Notes under the pieces: generated by a model
Seen by the model: only the letters and a program-made list of their open reading frames with translations
Told to the model about the DNA's origin: nothing
The model's database searches: none
Assembly (NCBI RefSeq): GCF_006345805.1
Contig: NC_043003.1
Span: 22,382,001 to 22,446,000, forward strand
From: Octopus sinensis
Taxonomy: Eukaryota
Length of the DNA: 64,000 bases
Direction of reading: 5' to 3'
Shown: positions 12,922-25,697 of the stretch, one piece after another
How the letters are laid out: the number at the start of each line of letters is the position of its first letter
How positions within the stretch are numbered: position 1 is the stretch's first letter
Translations under genes and position numbers: made by a program

Positions 12922-13503
12922 AGATAAGAAAATGGAGAAATACATCTAAATCAAATATCAATTACCAGATAATACTCAATCACATACTTTATTAAACCAC
13001 CACATAAGAGACTGTAGGGTTAAATATAAAAAGCAGAACAAATCAGTGTACATAAAGGAATGTACATAAAAAAGTGTACATAAAAGAGTAATGTTGTATA
13101 ATAAGTAGAATATATATAAAAGAGAATATAAATATAAGTAAATATAAATATAAGTATAAATTACATCTTACAGCTGTTTCGCCCATGTCGATAAGTATGT
13201 CTCATATTGGTAAAATGAGACATACTTATCGACATGGCGAAACAGCTGTAAGATGTAATTTATACTTATATTTATATTTACTTATATTTATATTCTCTTT
13301 TATATATATTCTACTTATTATACAACATTACTCTTTTATGTACACTTTTTTTATGTACATTCCTTTATGTACACTGATTTGTTCTGCTTTTTATATTTAA
13401 CCCTACAGTCTCTTATGTGGTGGTTTAATAAAGTATGTGATTGAGTATTATCTGGTAATTGATATTTGATTTAGATGTATTTCTCCATTTCCTTATCTTG
13501 TAT
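12917..13503. repeat. Near-perfect fold-back palindrome (~289-bp arms, 9-nt loop 13206-13214), probable Penelope-like terminus
   Basis: The arms are reverse complements and abut (TA)n. They contain the hammerhead 3' half GAAAC-AGCT-GTA at 13239-13250. Confidence 0.92.
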
Positions 13504-13672
13504 TAGTAATTTGTGGTAAATCATTTTACCTTTGCCCATATAATACAGTAAATGAATTGATTGCATCGCAATCATTAACATTTATGTATTAACTTTATTG
13601 GGTACTTCACTAGCAGTATATTGGATATATGTTATCCCATAGAGGGTTGTATTTACAACCCCTATCTCAATT

Positions 13673-13705
<33 letters not shown>

Positions 13706-13709
<4 letters not shown>

Positions 13710-14170
13710 CAAAATGGGACAAGAACGCAAAGCATTTAGATAGACGATACAAAGAAAACAATGACGGGTCATTGGAAGCCCTCTATCCTCAGTCAAGCAC
13801 CAGATTATCCTCGCAATTTCGGCTGATTATTCTTGATATTGCTCCAATCTGGTCAGCCCCAAGTAAAAACTAAGCTAAAAGCATTAGATTCCTTGGAAGA
13901 AAGCAGCGAATGTATACAAAAACAAGGACGGAAAAAACGGATGAAGTCGCACAAATATAAATACAATAAAAATAATAACAGGACATAACAACAGGTGTCT
14001 TTCGACTAAGGACGAATTGAATCAAGTTGGCGCGTATGGAAATGGAGCCTTACGGCAGAGATACAAAAGTTTCACAAACACAGAGAAGAATATCGATGTT
14101 GCACGGACAACGGTCAGACCAAAAAAGAAAGAACAGGCTAGGCTGACCGGCGGTCACGTGGGAAGAGAAG
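13706..14170. mobile_element. Unclassified (TA)n-associated interspersed repeat
   Basis: Reverse-complement homolog at ~30670-31046 and a short piece at ~39910-39982. All abut (TA)n via tacaaaatgggac. Confidence 0.7.
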
Positions 14171-14258
14171 AGAGAGAGAAGTAGAAGCAGAGGGAGTATC
14201 TGCCTGTCTGTCTGTCTATTTGTAGTTAGATAGATAGATAGACAGATAGATAAATAGT

Positions 14259-14384
<126 letters not shown>

Positions 14385-15002
14385 AGAAGGGAAAGAGACA
14401 GATAAGGGTAGAGCGGTAGCGATAAATTGATAGACAGATACAGAAAAATAGCGACAGAGACAGATAGATAAAAATAGAGGGATAGATAAAAATAGATAGA
14501 CAAACAGATAGCTGGATAGGCAGACAGATAGAAAGAAATAGAAAGAGAGGTAACAAGAGATAAAAAGCTGGACAGACATACAGGTAGATAGACAGAGAGT
14601 GAAAAGGAGAAAGAGAGTAGGAAAGAAGTTTAGAGATGGAAAGAGATTTCCTCCTCGCGGCACAGCCTACGAACATATTCGCACAAGCTTCACTATGAGA
14701 ATGCAGGTGAATTGGGCGTAAGAATCTTACATGCATTAACTAACATTCTTTCCTTTGAACCAGTAGACACAAGAATGATTATGTTTCGCTGAGGAAGTCC
14801 AATAAGACGGAAACATGCCGGGAGTTGTCATTGTGTCTGTCAAAGATCAGACTATTTCTTCTTCCAGTTTAAAACTATAAAAGTAAAACCAACTTATGAG
14901 ACAGAAAGAAACAACTGAGACACAACTTATTACCATTCCCTTTATTCAAACCATTGATATAAACAAAGTAGAATTTGAAAATACAGAAATACTCCTTTTG
15001 AA

Positions 15003-15101
15003 TCAGTATGCAACAGATCTCGGAGCAGGATAATATGACCGCCATTTATCTTGCTGATACGCCGGTCGCAGTGGAAGCGTGGAGCTCTGAAAGGAGGGAT
15101 T
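15003..15101 (-). CDS. SEA/EGF transmembrane protein, last coding exon (NPSFQSSTLPLRPAYQQDKWRSYYPAPRSVAY*)
   Basis: Strong polypyrimidine acceptor ttctttctttcag, phase 0 matching the previous exon, TGA at 15005-15003, and AATAAA on minus at 14946-14941. Confidence 0.8.
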   Translation of the reverse strand, partial: NPSFQSSTLPLRPAYQQDKWRSYYPAPRSVAY

Positions 15102-15518
15102 CTGAAAGAAAGAAAGAGAGAGAGAAAAGGACAGGTTTCATGATTATCCTGGATGATTTGGGTAAACATAAATTTTAAATTAATATAGATTTCTTTACTA
15201 CCCACAAGGGGCTAAACACAGAGGAGACAAACACGGATAGACAAACGGATTAAGTCGATTACATCGACCCCAGTGCGTAACTGGTACTTAATTTATCGAC
15301 CCCGGAAGGATGAAAGGCAAAGTCGACCTCGGCGGAATTTGAACTCGGAACGTAACGGCAGACGAAATACGGCAGCCCATTTCGCCCGGCGTGCTAACGT
15401 TTCTGCCAGCTCGCCGCCTTCATTAATATAATTTAATTGATTAGGTACTGAATTACGTAATTAATAATGTTTACAATTAATAAAACAACTGCTGAACACA
15501 ATTAGATTATGAATTGTT

Positions 15519-15585
<67 letters not shown>

Positions 15586-15586
<1 letters not shown>

Positions 15587-16124
15587 TGGGTTGTCCGGAA
15601 AGTTCGTGTCAATTTTTAAAGGCAAGAAAAAGATTAATAAATTCTTGCCATTTCATTTTTAATCAACCAAATATGAACCATTTTGTTGCACAATGCGTCT
15701 CCGTCTTTCCTTTATCTTGAAAATACCCTCTTCCCAGAATTGAGGTGGTTTCATGGCAAAGAATTCATCAAGGTATCTTTTTACGTCATCCAAGGAATTG
15801 TAATTTTTACCATTAAGACTATTCTGCAGAGAGCTGAATAAGTGGAAATCCGAAGGAGCAATATCTGGTAAATATGGAGGGTGGGGTAACACATCCCAGC
15901 CGAGCTGTAGCAATTTTTGTCTGGTTCCCAAAGCATCAAGTGCTGAAAATGAACTTTCTTATCTTCCATTTTAAAGGGTTACAGAATTAACACAGGTTAT
16001 AGGAACATAAACCTTCTTCCACGGAAAAATAAGCTTAAATTGTGCTCTAAATGGAGATGTAGTCAAATCCTATTTTATGAAAGGTAAGCTACTATAAATC
16101 GGCACGAACTTTTGGAGAACCCAA
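15586..16124 (-). mobile_element. Non-autonomous mariner deletion derivative, copy 2
   Basis: Same TIRs and deletion junction as 4713-5278; HPPYLPDIAPSD; TA flanks. Confidence 0.9.
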
Positions 16125-16883
16125 TATATGAAATTTATGCTTTTCTGCTTTTTATTCTAAGATGAAAAGAAACGTCTGTCCGCCAATTCCCTATCCAACA
16201 ATTTGTCAGCCTATTGTTCTTTCATACGCACATACACATAATGTCTACAATTCTACGATCTAACGACGTCACTCACAACCTAACACAGAATGTGTATTTG
16301 AGAAATTCTCTCCTGAGACTATTCTTGTAGCGATAGGTTTTATCCAGTCCGATTATAGTCGAACGTGTTAAACACTTGCTTCTTGATTATACTAAAGATT
16401 TTCTATTCCTTTTGCCATTCCGGCGTCACTAAAATGAAATACCAGTCAAATACTAGGGTCAATTTAATTGCCTGTATTCTCTCTCAAATGTATAGCTTTG
16501 CTCCTTCCTCTATTAAAAATCCTTATTATTGATTAACCTTATTAACCTCGAAAGGATGAAAGACAAAGTCTACCTTGGTGGAATTTTAAAATTCAAAATG
16601 TAAGGATGGACAAAATGCTGCTAAGCATTTTGCATGGTGTACTAACGATTCTGTCAATTCATTGCCTTAATAGCAACAACAATAACAATCTTTCCTACTA
16701 TTGGTACAAGGCCAGAAATTTTGGGGGCAGGGACTAGTTGATTACATCGACCCCAGAGCGTAACAGGTACTTATTTCATTGACCCTGAAAGAATGAAAGA
16801 CGAAGTTGACTACAGCAGAATTTGAACTCAGAATGTAAGGACAGACGAAATGCCACTAAGCATTTATATATAATGAGGAGATG

Positions 16884-16933
<50 letters not shown>

Positions 16934-17739
16934 CCTTTCTACTATAGACACACGATGGAGTCGAGCTTGTAGATGTGTTATCGCACCGAACGAAATGCTC
17001 AGGGGTATTTATTTCCTCCTGCTATAAACGTTCTGAGTTGCAATTCCGCCGAGGTCGACTTTGCCTTTCATCCTTTCAGGGCTGATAAAATAAGTACCAG
17101 TTGAGTATTGAGATCTATGTAATTGGTTACCCCTCTTCTCAAAATTGGTCTTGTATCAAAAATTAGAAAGAATTATTAAAAATAATAATATGGCGGTGGC
17201 GGTTGTTTGGCGGTTGTTTGGTAGAGCTGCAGACAAATGTCACGTAGTCATTCCCTTTACATTCTAAGTTCAAATCCCGTCGTTGTCAACCTTGCTTTTC
17301 ATGCCTCTGGGCCCAATAAAATGAAGTACCAGTCAAGTAACGGGGTTGATGTAATCGGTTACTCCTTTCCTCATAAAATTACCAGCTTCGTGTCTAGATC
17401 AGAAACAGTTATTATTGATTAGCAGAACTGGCAAAGCATCGAACATCTTGCAAGATTTAACTACGATTCTTCATGTTCTTGAGTGATCTTAATCTTACTG
17501 AGTCGACTTTACATTTTCGATAAAACACATAGCATTCATGTGCTGGAGGTGAGTATCAATTCATTCAACTTGTCCATGACACCTTTATATATGTTATTTT
17601 GTTTATTTGTGAACAAATCGAATACTGTTATTCTGCTTGTCACGATATGTGTTCGTGTGTTACGCTTTAAAAAAATGTAGTGTTTGTCTTTTTTTATCTA
17701 TCTATCTATCTGTGCAAACAAATGTGGTAACATATAACA

Positions 17740-18045
17740 ATATTGACCAAGGTTACCGTGGTCTTTTTCGTAGGCTTTTCTTCCCACGGATAAACCTTAT
17801 CTGCTTCCCCCTTTACACCGTACATCATAGCACTGTGATACACGATCCCTATTGATCGTTTTTCCCCCTCTTCCCCTTTTTTCCTCTTTTTTTCTTCTTT
17901 TTTCTCTTTCTTTTTTTCTTTTTTCCCTTTTACGATCCCTTTTGATCGAAAACCTACGCCACTTTTTTTTTTCATCCCCCAAAAGAAAAGCTCTACCTTG
18001 TAATTTATTCCATCTGTGTGCAGCCCTGTGTGGCTAATAAAGAAA
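17740..18045 (+). mobile_element. Probable 3' UTR/tail of a non-LTR retrotransposon
   Basis: Pyrimidine-rich tract ending ctgtgtgcagccctgtgtggctaataaagaaa, followed by (TATC)n. The tail resembles the family-A SINE tail. Confidence 0.5.
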
Positions 18046-18050
18046 CTTAT

Positions 18051-18141
<91 letters not shown>

Positions 18142-18364
18142 AATTTGTGTAGTTATAAATTTATATTAATTAGTTATGCATTATATTTATAATATTATTT
18201 TATTGAAAATATCTTTTTAAAGAAAGTAATTATTACTTAATTGTGAATAAGTTATATTGATGTGGTATATATTTATTTATATTACGTGGGCTGGGTTGAC
18301 CAGTAGAGGCCTGTCATCAAGGAGTCATCTTGAATTTGTCTCAAATCCCTTTACTTTTGCCTAG

Positions 18365-18416
18365 ATGCCTGACGAGATAGGCTCGTCATATGAGCCTATG
18401 AAACCTTAAGTCGTAT
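18365..18416 (+). ncRNA. Type-I hammerhead ribozyme motif
   Basis: atgc-CTGACGA-g-ataggctc/gagcctat-GAAAC-cttaa-GTC-gtat. Stem I is atgc/gtat and stem II has 8 bp. Confidence 0.75.
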
Positions 18417-18443
18417 AGAGCTGAGTGAAACTGTTATTAAATA

Positions 18444-18474
<31 letters not shown>

Positions 18475-18502
18475 AAGGGAAAGATAGAGAGAGAGGGAGA
18501 GA

Positions 18503-18552
<50 letters not shown>

Positions 18553-18568
18553 AGAAATAAATATTTAC

Positions 18569-18652
18569 TTGGTAAGCCATAAGGTGGCGTCTGTTAGTAT
18601 CATAAAACTTAGGCAAGGGCAGCGTTCCGGGCCTGTAGTGATCTTCAAGAAT
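18569..18652 (-). CDS. SEA/EGF transmembrane protein, cytoplasmic exon (ILEDHYRPGTLPLPKFYDTNRRHLMAYQ)
   Basis: ttgtatttcag acceptor, gtaaat donor, 84 nt, phase 0-0. Confidence 0.8.
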
Positions 18653-19026
18653 CTGAAATACAACGAAAAACATAGTTATATAAAACAGTATATTAGCAGA
18701 ATACATAGAGCAGTGGACAAATATTCTGCCCAATACCACGAATTTGCTTGTCAGTTGCTTGACTTTAAATCACTTGAGCATGTCCCTTTGTGGCTGATAA
18801 TATGCGCATCTTTGATTACCAGCAAGATTAATGGGGAAGCATCATAGCCATGTGTTGAGAGATTCTTTGTAGTTTGAATAAATGTTAGAAAATCAAAGTC
18901 TGAAGGAAATATTAACTATTTTTCATATTATCTCTGGGTAAGAAAATAGGAAATGACAGTTGCTACCCGAGGACAAAACTCGAGTTACCCAGTGCTATTG
19001 AATGAAATCACGTAAATTCAGTTTAC

Positions 19027-19201
19027 CAAATCTTCGGGGTATCTCACGGGATCGGACACAAAACTCCATCGTCTGCGGTCGGGTGAAACAGGTACTTCGT
19101 ACACTTGTGGAGAGCCAGCCTCTGTCCAATATCGCGGCAGTTTTACCAAAGTGGATTCGCTGGTTGATAAATGTCTGGCATTGGCAGCTTTGTTATTTCT
19201 T
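19027..19201 (-). CDS. SEA/EGF transmembrane protein, cytoplasmic exon (RNNKAANARH...YEVPVSPDRRRWSFVSDPVRYPEDL)
   Basis: ttgttttgtag acceptor, gtaaac donor, 175 nt, phase 2-0, matching the phase-2 end of the TM exon. Confidence 0.8.
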
Positions 19202-19322
19202 CTACAAAACAATGAGATTGAAAAGAGGAAATGTAAATATCTTTTAGAATCGAAGATGTGGATACGTATTCAATTTTAGCATTCTTCCGATCTTTGTGCC
19301 TCGCCATGTATGTATATTAAAA

Positions 19323-19642
19323 GGACCCCACTTCGGGTCATGAATGACCGTGGGATTACATCTAGAAAGTTACCCTCCGAGACACAAGTCGGGACAAGGA
19401 AGACCAGCAGTTGCCTATGTATACCAGCCGCCTCACTCCACGCCACCGATGTTATCCAAGGGAAAGCAAAGGGGCTGATACAGTTTGGCACCAGCAATGT
19501 CACAACTAATTTCTACAGCCGAGTGAACTGGAGCAACGTGAAATAAAGTGCCTTGCTCAAGAACACAACACACAACCCGGTCCGGGAATCGAACTCATGA
19601 TTATAAACCTGACGCTCTAACCACTGAGCCATGCGCCTTCAC
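19323..19642 (-). mobile_element. Family-D tRNA-derived SINE
   Basis: Head gtgaaggcgcatggctcagtggttagagcg...ttcgattccc. Similar copies at 28867-29200 and 42790-43113. Confidence 0.8.
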
Positions 19643-19844
19643 ATGTATGTATGCACTGGTATGGCAGTGTGGTTACGAAGTTCGCATCGCAATCACGGGT
19701 GTCTTTCAGTCTAGTCCCAGGCCGACCAATGCCACGTCAGTGAATTTAGTTGTGTGTGCTCGCGCGCATTTGCGTGCATCTCTCTCTCTCTGTATATATA
19801 TATATATATATTAAAGAATGTAGTTATGTGAAGAATGTAGTTAA

Positions 19845-20108
19845 ATGAAAAAAAAAAACAGAACAAAGTTGCAGTTTTACTTTTTATTTCTATACTTCGG
19901 GGTGAAGACCCCCTTCTTCAGGACATTCGGAAAAGCGGTGATTGGAAAAAGTTTGTTGCTCTGACCAACAAATGTTTTCCAACCAGACATCTGAGCAACA
20001 AACTTTTTCCAAACACCGCTTTTCCGCATGTCCTGAAGAAGGGGTCTTCACCGCGAAGTATTGAAATACAAGGTAAAAGTGGAACTTTGTTGTGTTTTCT
20101 TTTCATTT
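19845..20108. repeat. Imperfect fold-back palindrome (~120-bp arms) with hammerhead-like core
   Basis: The arms are reverse complementary around ~19980. CTGAAGA-agggg-tcttca-cc(c/g)c-GAAG is present in both arms. (TA)n lies on both sides. Confidence 0.8.
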
Positions 20109-20196
20109 TGTAGTTTACTTTGTACCTTCTCACATTGTTCCGGCTTTACACAACTATATTCTTTGCAGTTGTACCTTACAATGCTTCACAAAAACC

Positions 20197-20255
<59 letters not shown>

Positions 20256-20614
20256 TGTGTAGTATATATGCCGTCTACTACTCAGTTTCCGGCAACTAAA
20301 TTCACTCTTAAAGCAATACTCAGCCCAGAGTCTTATATCGATCTTTTGCCGAACTGCTAAATGCAGGGATATAAACATATCAATGCTGGTAATACATATA
20401 TTTCTTTACTGCCCACACAGGGGGATAAACATAGAGGGGATAAACAAGGACAGACAAACGGATTAAGTCGATTACATCGACCCCAGTGCGAAACTGGTAC
20501 TTTATTTATCGACCCCGAAAGGATGAAAGGCAAAGTCGACCTCGGCGGAATTTGAACTCAGAACGAAATACCGATAAGCATTTCGCCCGGCGTGCTAACA
20601 TTTCTGCCAGCTCG

Positions 20615-20664
<50 letters not shown>

Positions 20665-20951
20665 TATATATATATATATATATCACACACACACATATGA
20701 AGAGTGTGTGTGTGTATAGATATACATACACACACATATCTATATATATACATATATATGTATATATTTGAGTAGTAGAATGAATTATCTTGTTATGGAT
20801 AATTCGGTTAACCGATACCTGGGTAGCAAATTCACATCAGAGAAGACACGTTTGAAGTTACGTGCTTTCGTGTGGAAATTTGTATGTCTTTTTTTTAAAT
20901 ATAAATATATCAAAGAATGGAGTTGAACGACGAATTAACAAAATTCCTTTA

Positions 20952-21034
20952 TTTTCGACATATGTTTCGAAGGCTGCATATTCCTAATTGCGAAAGAATA
21001 AGGAGTATATTATGCCGCTTTCTCATCAGGAAAA
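20952..21034 (-). ncRNA. Type-I hammerhead ribozyme in the 3' terminal repeat of a Penelope-like element
   Basis: Minus strand: ttttc-CTGATGA-gaaagcggcata...tatgcagccttc-GAAAC-ATAT-GTC-gaaaa, then AATAAA. Core is canonical, stem I is 5 bp, stem III loop is palindromic. Confidence 0.88.
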
Positions 21035-21612
21035 GCAAGGAACTTATGTCAACATCAAGATGCACAAAAAACTTTTAGATGACTGCTCACACGGAGCCCA
21101 TAGCGATAATGAGTATCTCTGAGTGACGTCAAAATGGTTGGATGTAGAAAATTCTAGAAGGTTCTAAAGGTTCAAGGGTTCAAACGAAGTAGGAGAAGAG
21201 AGGCATAAGAATGGGAAGGTGAAAGGGTGCAGTTCAAATGAATGGTGAATTTCTTATGTGAATGAGTGTCTGTGTGTGTGACTGTATATAACTGCATTAA
21301 TGTGTGTGTGTATGTGTGTGCGTGATTGTGTTTGTGGATGAGTGGATGTCAGAAAACAGACAGTGGTGACGTGAACAGTTTGTGTCTGTGTGTTTGATTG
21401 TACTTACTATAGATAGAGGGAAAGAGAGAGAGAGAAAGAGAGAGAAAGAGGAGGGCGAGGTATAGGGACAAAGGTAACACATACCTCACTGGATTGGGTA
21501 GTAGTTCTTTGAGAGTATAAAAAGATTTTTTTGACTATGGGGTGAAATATATATATATATATAAAAAAAGAGTTATATTAATTAAAATTCAAGGGGCTAA
21601 CTATATTAATCA

Positions 21613-22281
21613 TTATTCATATGATTGAAAGGTGTGTTTTTGCCAGTGCATGCATCTGTAGGACCTCTCGACGATTGTATTTATTAAAGGGACTTTGGCG
21701 AACAAAATATGAACAAGTTCGGAATTACAGACGCCACAATGTTTTCTGCCCTTGTCAAACGGGAAGGACACCGACAATATGAACCATTCCAGTTTGAAAG
21801 TTGTATTGCTGTCCTTCAGACGCCAAATTAATTTACTTAGTCCCATGCTGTGTTGTTTTCTCTTATCTCTGAAAATTGAATAATGGTTGGATATCCTTTG
21901 GGCTAATTTAGAAGAAGTTGCTCCAATGTAGAAGAAGACATCGGTTCCCGAAGAAATTTTGCACTGGTAAATGGTGTTTCTAATTTTGGAATTTTTGGAT
22001 AGGAACTTTAATCTGTTGGGGTTAACATCCGATACTAAGACATAGTTTTTATTGTTATGATAGGTGTAAATATTGTTGCTAGCATTAGCCACGATACTAT
22101 TCATCTTATTATCATTACTATTAATTGTAATATCGTCGGCAATTTCTCTGACTATAGGAATGCTGGGACTGTTATCATCAATAATACAACTGTTATTAGA
22201 AATGTTATTATTATTACCACTAACACCACCACTGTTTATAATTGTTAACGCCAGTGCTGGTATGAATGTTGCTAATATCAA
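21613..22281 (-). mobile_element. Penelope-like retroelement, 5'-truncated ORF encoding the C-terminal GIY-YIG endonuclease
   Basis: NTIYQC...FYIGAT...QRISNH, LSKLIWRLK...LEWFI, CGVC..E, LIN...E...CMH motifs. No RT motifs; upstream is (TA)n. Confidence 0.85.
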
Positions 22282-22284
22282 TAC

Positions 22285-22346
22285 TGTTTATATTATTATT
22301 ATTATTATATGTATATACATATATATATATACATGTATTATATATG

Positions 22347-22378
<32 letters not shown>

Positions 22379-22772
22379 TATGTGTGTGTATATATATATA
22401 TGTATATATATATATTATATATGGTGTATATATATATATGTAATATATATATATATATATATGTATATTATATATATATGTATATATATATGTATATATA
22501 TATATATGTATATATATGTATATATATATATATATGTATATATATATGTATATTATATATATATGTATATATATATGTATATATGTATATATATATGTAT
22601 ATGTATATATATGTATATATATTATAATATACATATACATATATATATATATATATACATATATACATATATATATATGTATATTATGTATATATGTTTA
22701 TATTATTATTATTATTATATGTATATACATATATATATACATGTATATATATATATGTATATATATATATGC

Positions 22773-22806
<34 letters not shown>

Positions 22807-23351
22807 GTATATATATATGTTATATATTATGTATATATATATTTATATTATTATATGTATATATATCTGTTATTATATAGTGTATATGTATAGTAATATA
22901 TATTATATATGTATATATATGTATATATATGTATATATATTATGTATATATATATATATTATATATGTATATATATATATATATATATTATATCTATATG
23001 ATATATATAATTATATATATATATGTATATATATTGTATATATATATGTATATATATGTATATATGTATATATATGTATATATATATGTATAAATATATA
23101 TAATAGATAAGAAAGTTGGTGTGAAAGTACGTGGGTGAATATATAGAAAATAAGTAAGAGTGAAAAACCTACAGAAGGCTTAAATGTTAAAAATATATAT
23201 ATTTGCGTCAATATGTCTGAAGAATATTAGAAAATAAAAAAAAAAAATTTTTCTCTTATAATGACATAATTTAAAAGAAAGACCGGTTTCGCGCGTATCT
23301 TTTCAAATTTCTTGCGACGTTATGTTTATCTTGAATAGAGTTATCGCTATA

Positions 23352-23399
<48 letters not shown>

Positions 23400-23423
23400 A
23401 TATATATATGTATAATATATATG

Positions 23424-23468
<45 letters not shown>

Positions 23469-23613
23469 GTATATATATATATATATATATATGTATATGT
23501 ATATATATGTATATGTATGTATGTATATATATGTATGTATGTATATATATGTATGTCTATATATGTATGTATGTATATATATGTATTTCTTTGTATATAT
23601 GTATTTATGTATG

Positions 23614-23658
<45 letters not shown>

Positions 23659-23670
23659 TATAATTATATA
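22285..23670. repeat. Long degenerate (TA)n microsatellite blocks with an embedded Penelope-like terminal fragment (23105-23348)
   Basis: Low-complexity TA. The embedded fragment has the hammerhead 3' half GAAAC-CG-GTC on minus at ~23281-23290. Confidence 0.8.
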
Positions 23671-25697
23671 TATTTAGAGGCATATGAAAGATACGCATAA
23701 ATGTAATTGCAGAACTGTATATATGCTGGATTTCGGTCGAGCGTTCTATATCTAGTTCTGGAAATTGTGTTTTGTAAACGACAGACTGTGCTAATGATCT
23801 TGCAGATGTTTACGTATCCATATACGAAAATATTAACATGTGAAACTAATTAGTACATAGGTAATGGTTTTTTTATTTCGTATATTTTCATTTGTCTTGC
23901 GTATTTTTACACTTTGTCTTTTTGCTGAATTTTTTGTTGAGAACACATTCTTCGTGGAAAATGGCGATTTTGACGTCTATATCTAGCATACAGGCTGTCC
24001 ACTTTTAGTGGTCAGTCCTCTAAATTTTGTATGCAAAAAAAATATTTAATCTTCGGATTTTTAAAAATATGCTTGGCCACTGGTTTTAATTGATTAATAT
24101 CAATTTCTATCCTTATTTAATTATATATATATATATATATGTATGTATGTGTGTGTGTGTGTGTTGGTTTGTTTACGTTCTCGTGATGTAGTAGTTCAGC
24201 AAAAGTGACCGATAGAGTAAGCTCCAGATTTAAAACTTGTGTGTATATGTGTGGATGAGTGTAAGGCGGCCGAAGTGGCAGAGTTATTAAAGCGGCGATA
24301 TTCGTTCTGCCCTTCAGCGCTTTTGAGTTCAAATACTACGGAGCTCAACTTTACTTTCCGTCGTTTCTTGTCTCTTTCTATGTATCTGCGACCCTTTATG
24401 GAAAAAAAATCGGCTGTGATCAAACCTGGAAAAGGATAAGCCCCGCTAAGTTTTGAAATGCCGTATGTTATAACGGATATCTTATAATTCCTGATGGATT
24501 TGTCCGACTTTTCCTTGTTTGCTAACCGCACAGCTGTAAATAAAACTTCGTCACCAACTGTAACTTAATGGTAATCATTATGAAACATTATAAAATATTC
24601 TCCTTACTCAAACTTCAGAAGTTTCACACATTTAATGATTGCTGTGTGAGTTTCGTTGGTTCGAGTTCGAGATATGAAATCGAAACTTCAATCTCTTTAT
24701 ATACAATTAAAAACATTCTCGTTGAATCGAAACATCGAGTGAATTACGCCGTGTGACGTAAAATTTCACTTAGACATATTATAACAAGGTTTTCAAATAT
24801 CAGTTCGTTTATTTTGACAGTGAAAACATATTTTTCTCACGCTTTTATGATACTGTTTTTCGTTTTTAAAAAACAAAGTACTATGATATATTTCTTTTCA
24901 AAACTTTCCAAATGTTATCACTCCAATTACATAGCACTCAAATTGAGCGTCATATGTAAATATTCTTTGTTGCAAAGTTAACCCCACTCTACGACGTTTC
25001 AACTTTAGCTATAACGTTTTTGAATTCAAATTTAATCACTCATTTTCTGAGAGAGCAATTCGCTTTTGCTTTGATAAATATTGACATATGTATAAATCTT
25101 TTTGACATTTGCTTCGCATTCTTGTTTTGCTTCTTTTCACCACGTTTATCCGCCAACTCAAACATATTGAAATTTAGAGTTAATGGAGTTGTTTATCTTC
25201 CAACCTTTTCAGAGAAGAACCGTTGTTTTCAACACGGTACAACCATGACTTTTTCTCTTCTCTGCATTGTGTTTTCGAATTACTGTTCTCTCTCATCAAA
25301 ATTATTTCTTACCCAGTTTGTTAAATTTTAGCGAAATATTCAAAAGTTTTGTCTTTTAAGGCGCTTATCTATAAACACTACCGCCATACTTCCTCACGTT
25401 GAAAATTTCGCTTGAGAAGAAAAATCTGCCTTGAAACTATTTAACCGTGTGTACCACACAACATCCTTTGTCGTGACCGTTAGATGACCATTACCTACTC
25501 TTCTTTATCAAAGGAAAACGATAGATCGAAGTTCCTGATACATCCGGCTTTTAGCCAGATTCGTACAGCCCGTGGTAAAAAAATGTTCGACATAAATCGA
25601 TGATTCCACAACGCACGGATACTGAACAAATTTATGCAAACTGTTTCGTCACCCTGCATGCATCTCGGACAGCTTAACAACGGTAGTGGTTATAGAA

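Noticed and set aside
22073-23698. Many long Y/I/M/C-rich ORFs (also near 14283, 39831, 42009, 47415, 49217)
   Set aside because: They are translations of (TA)n, (CA)n, (TATG)n and (TATC)n microsatellites.
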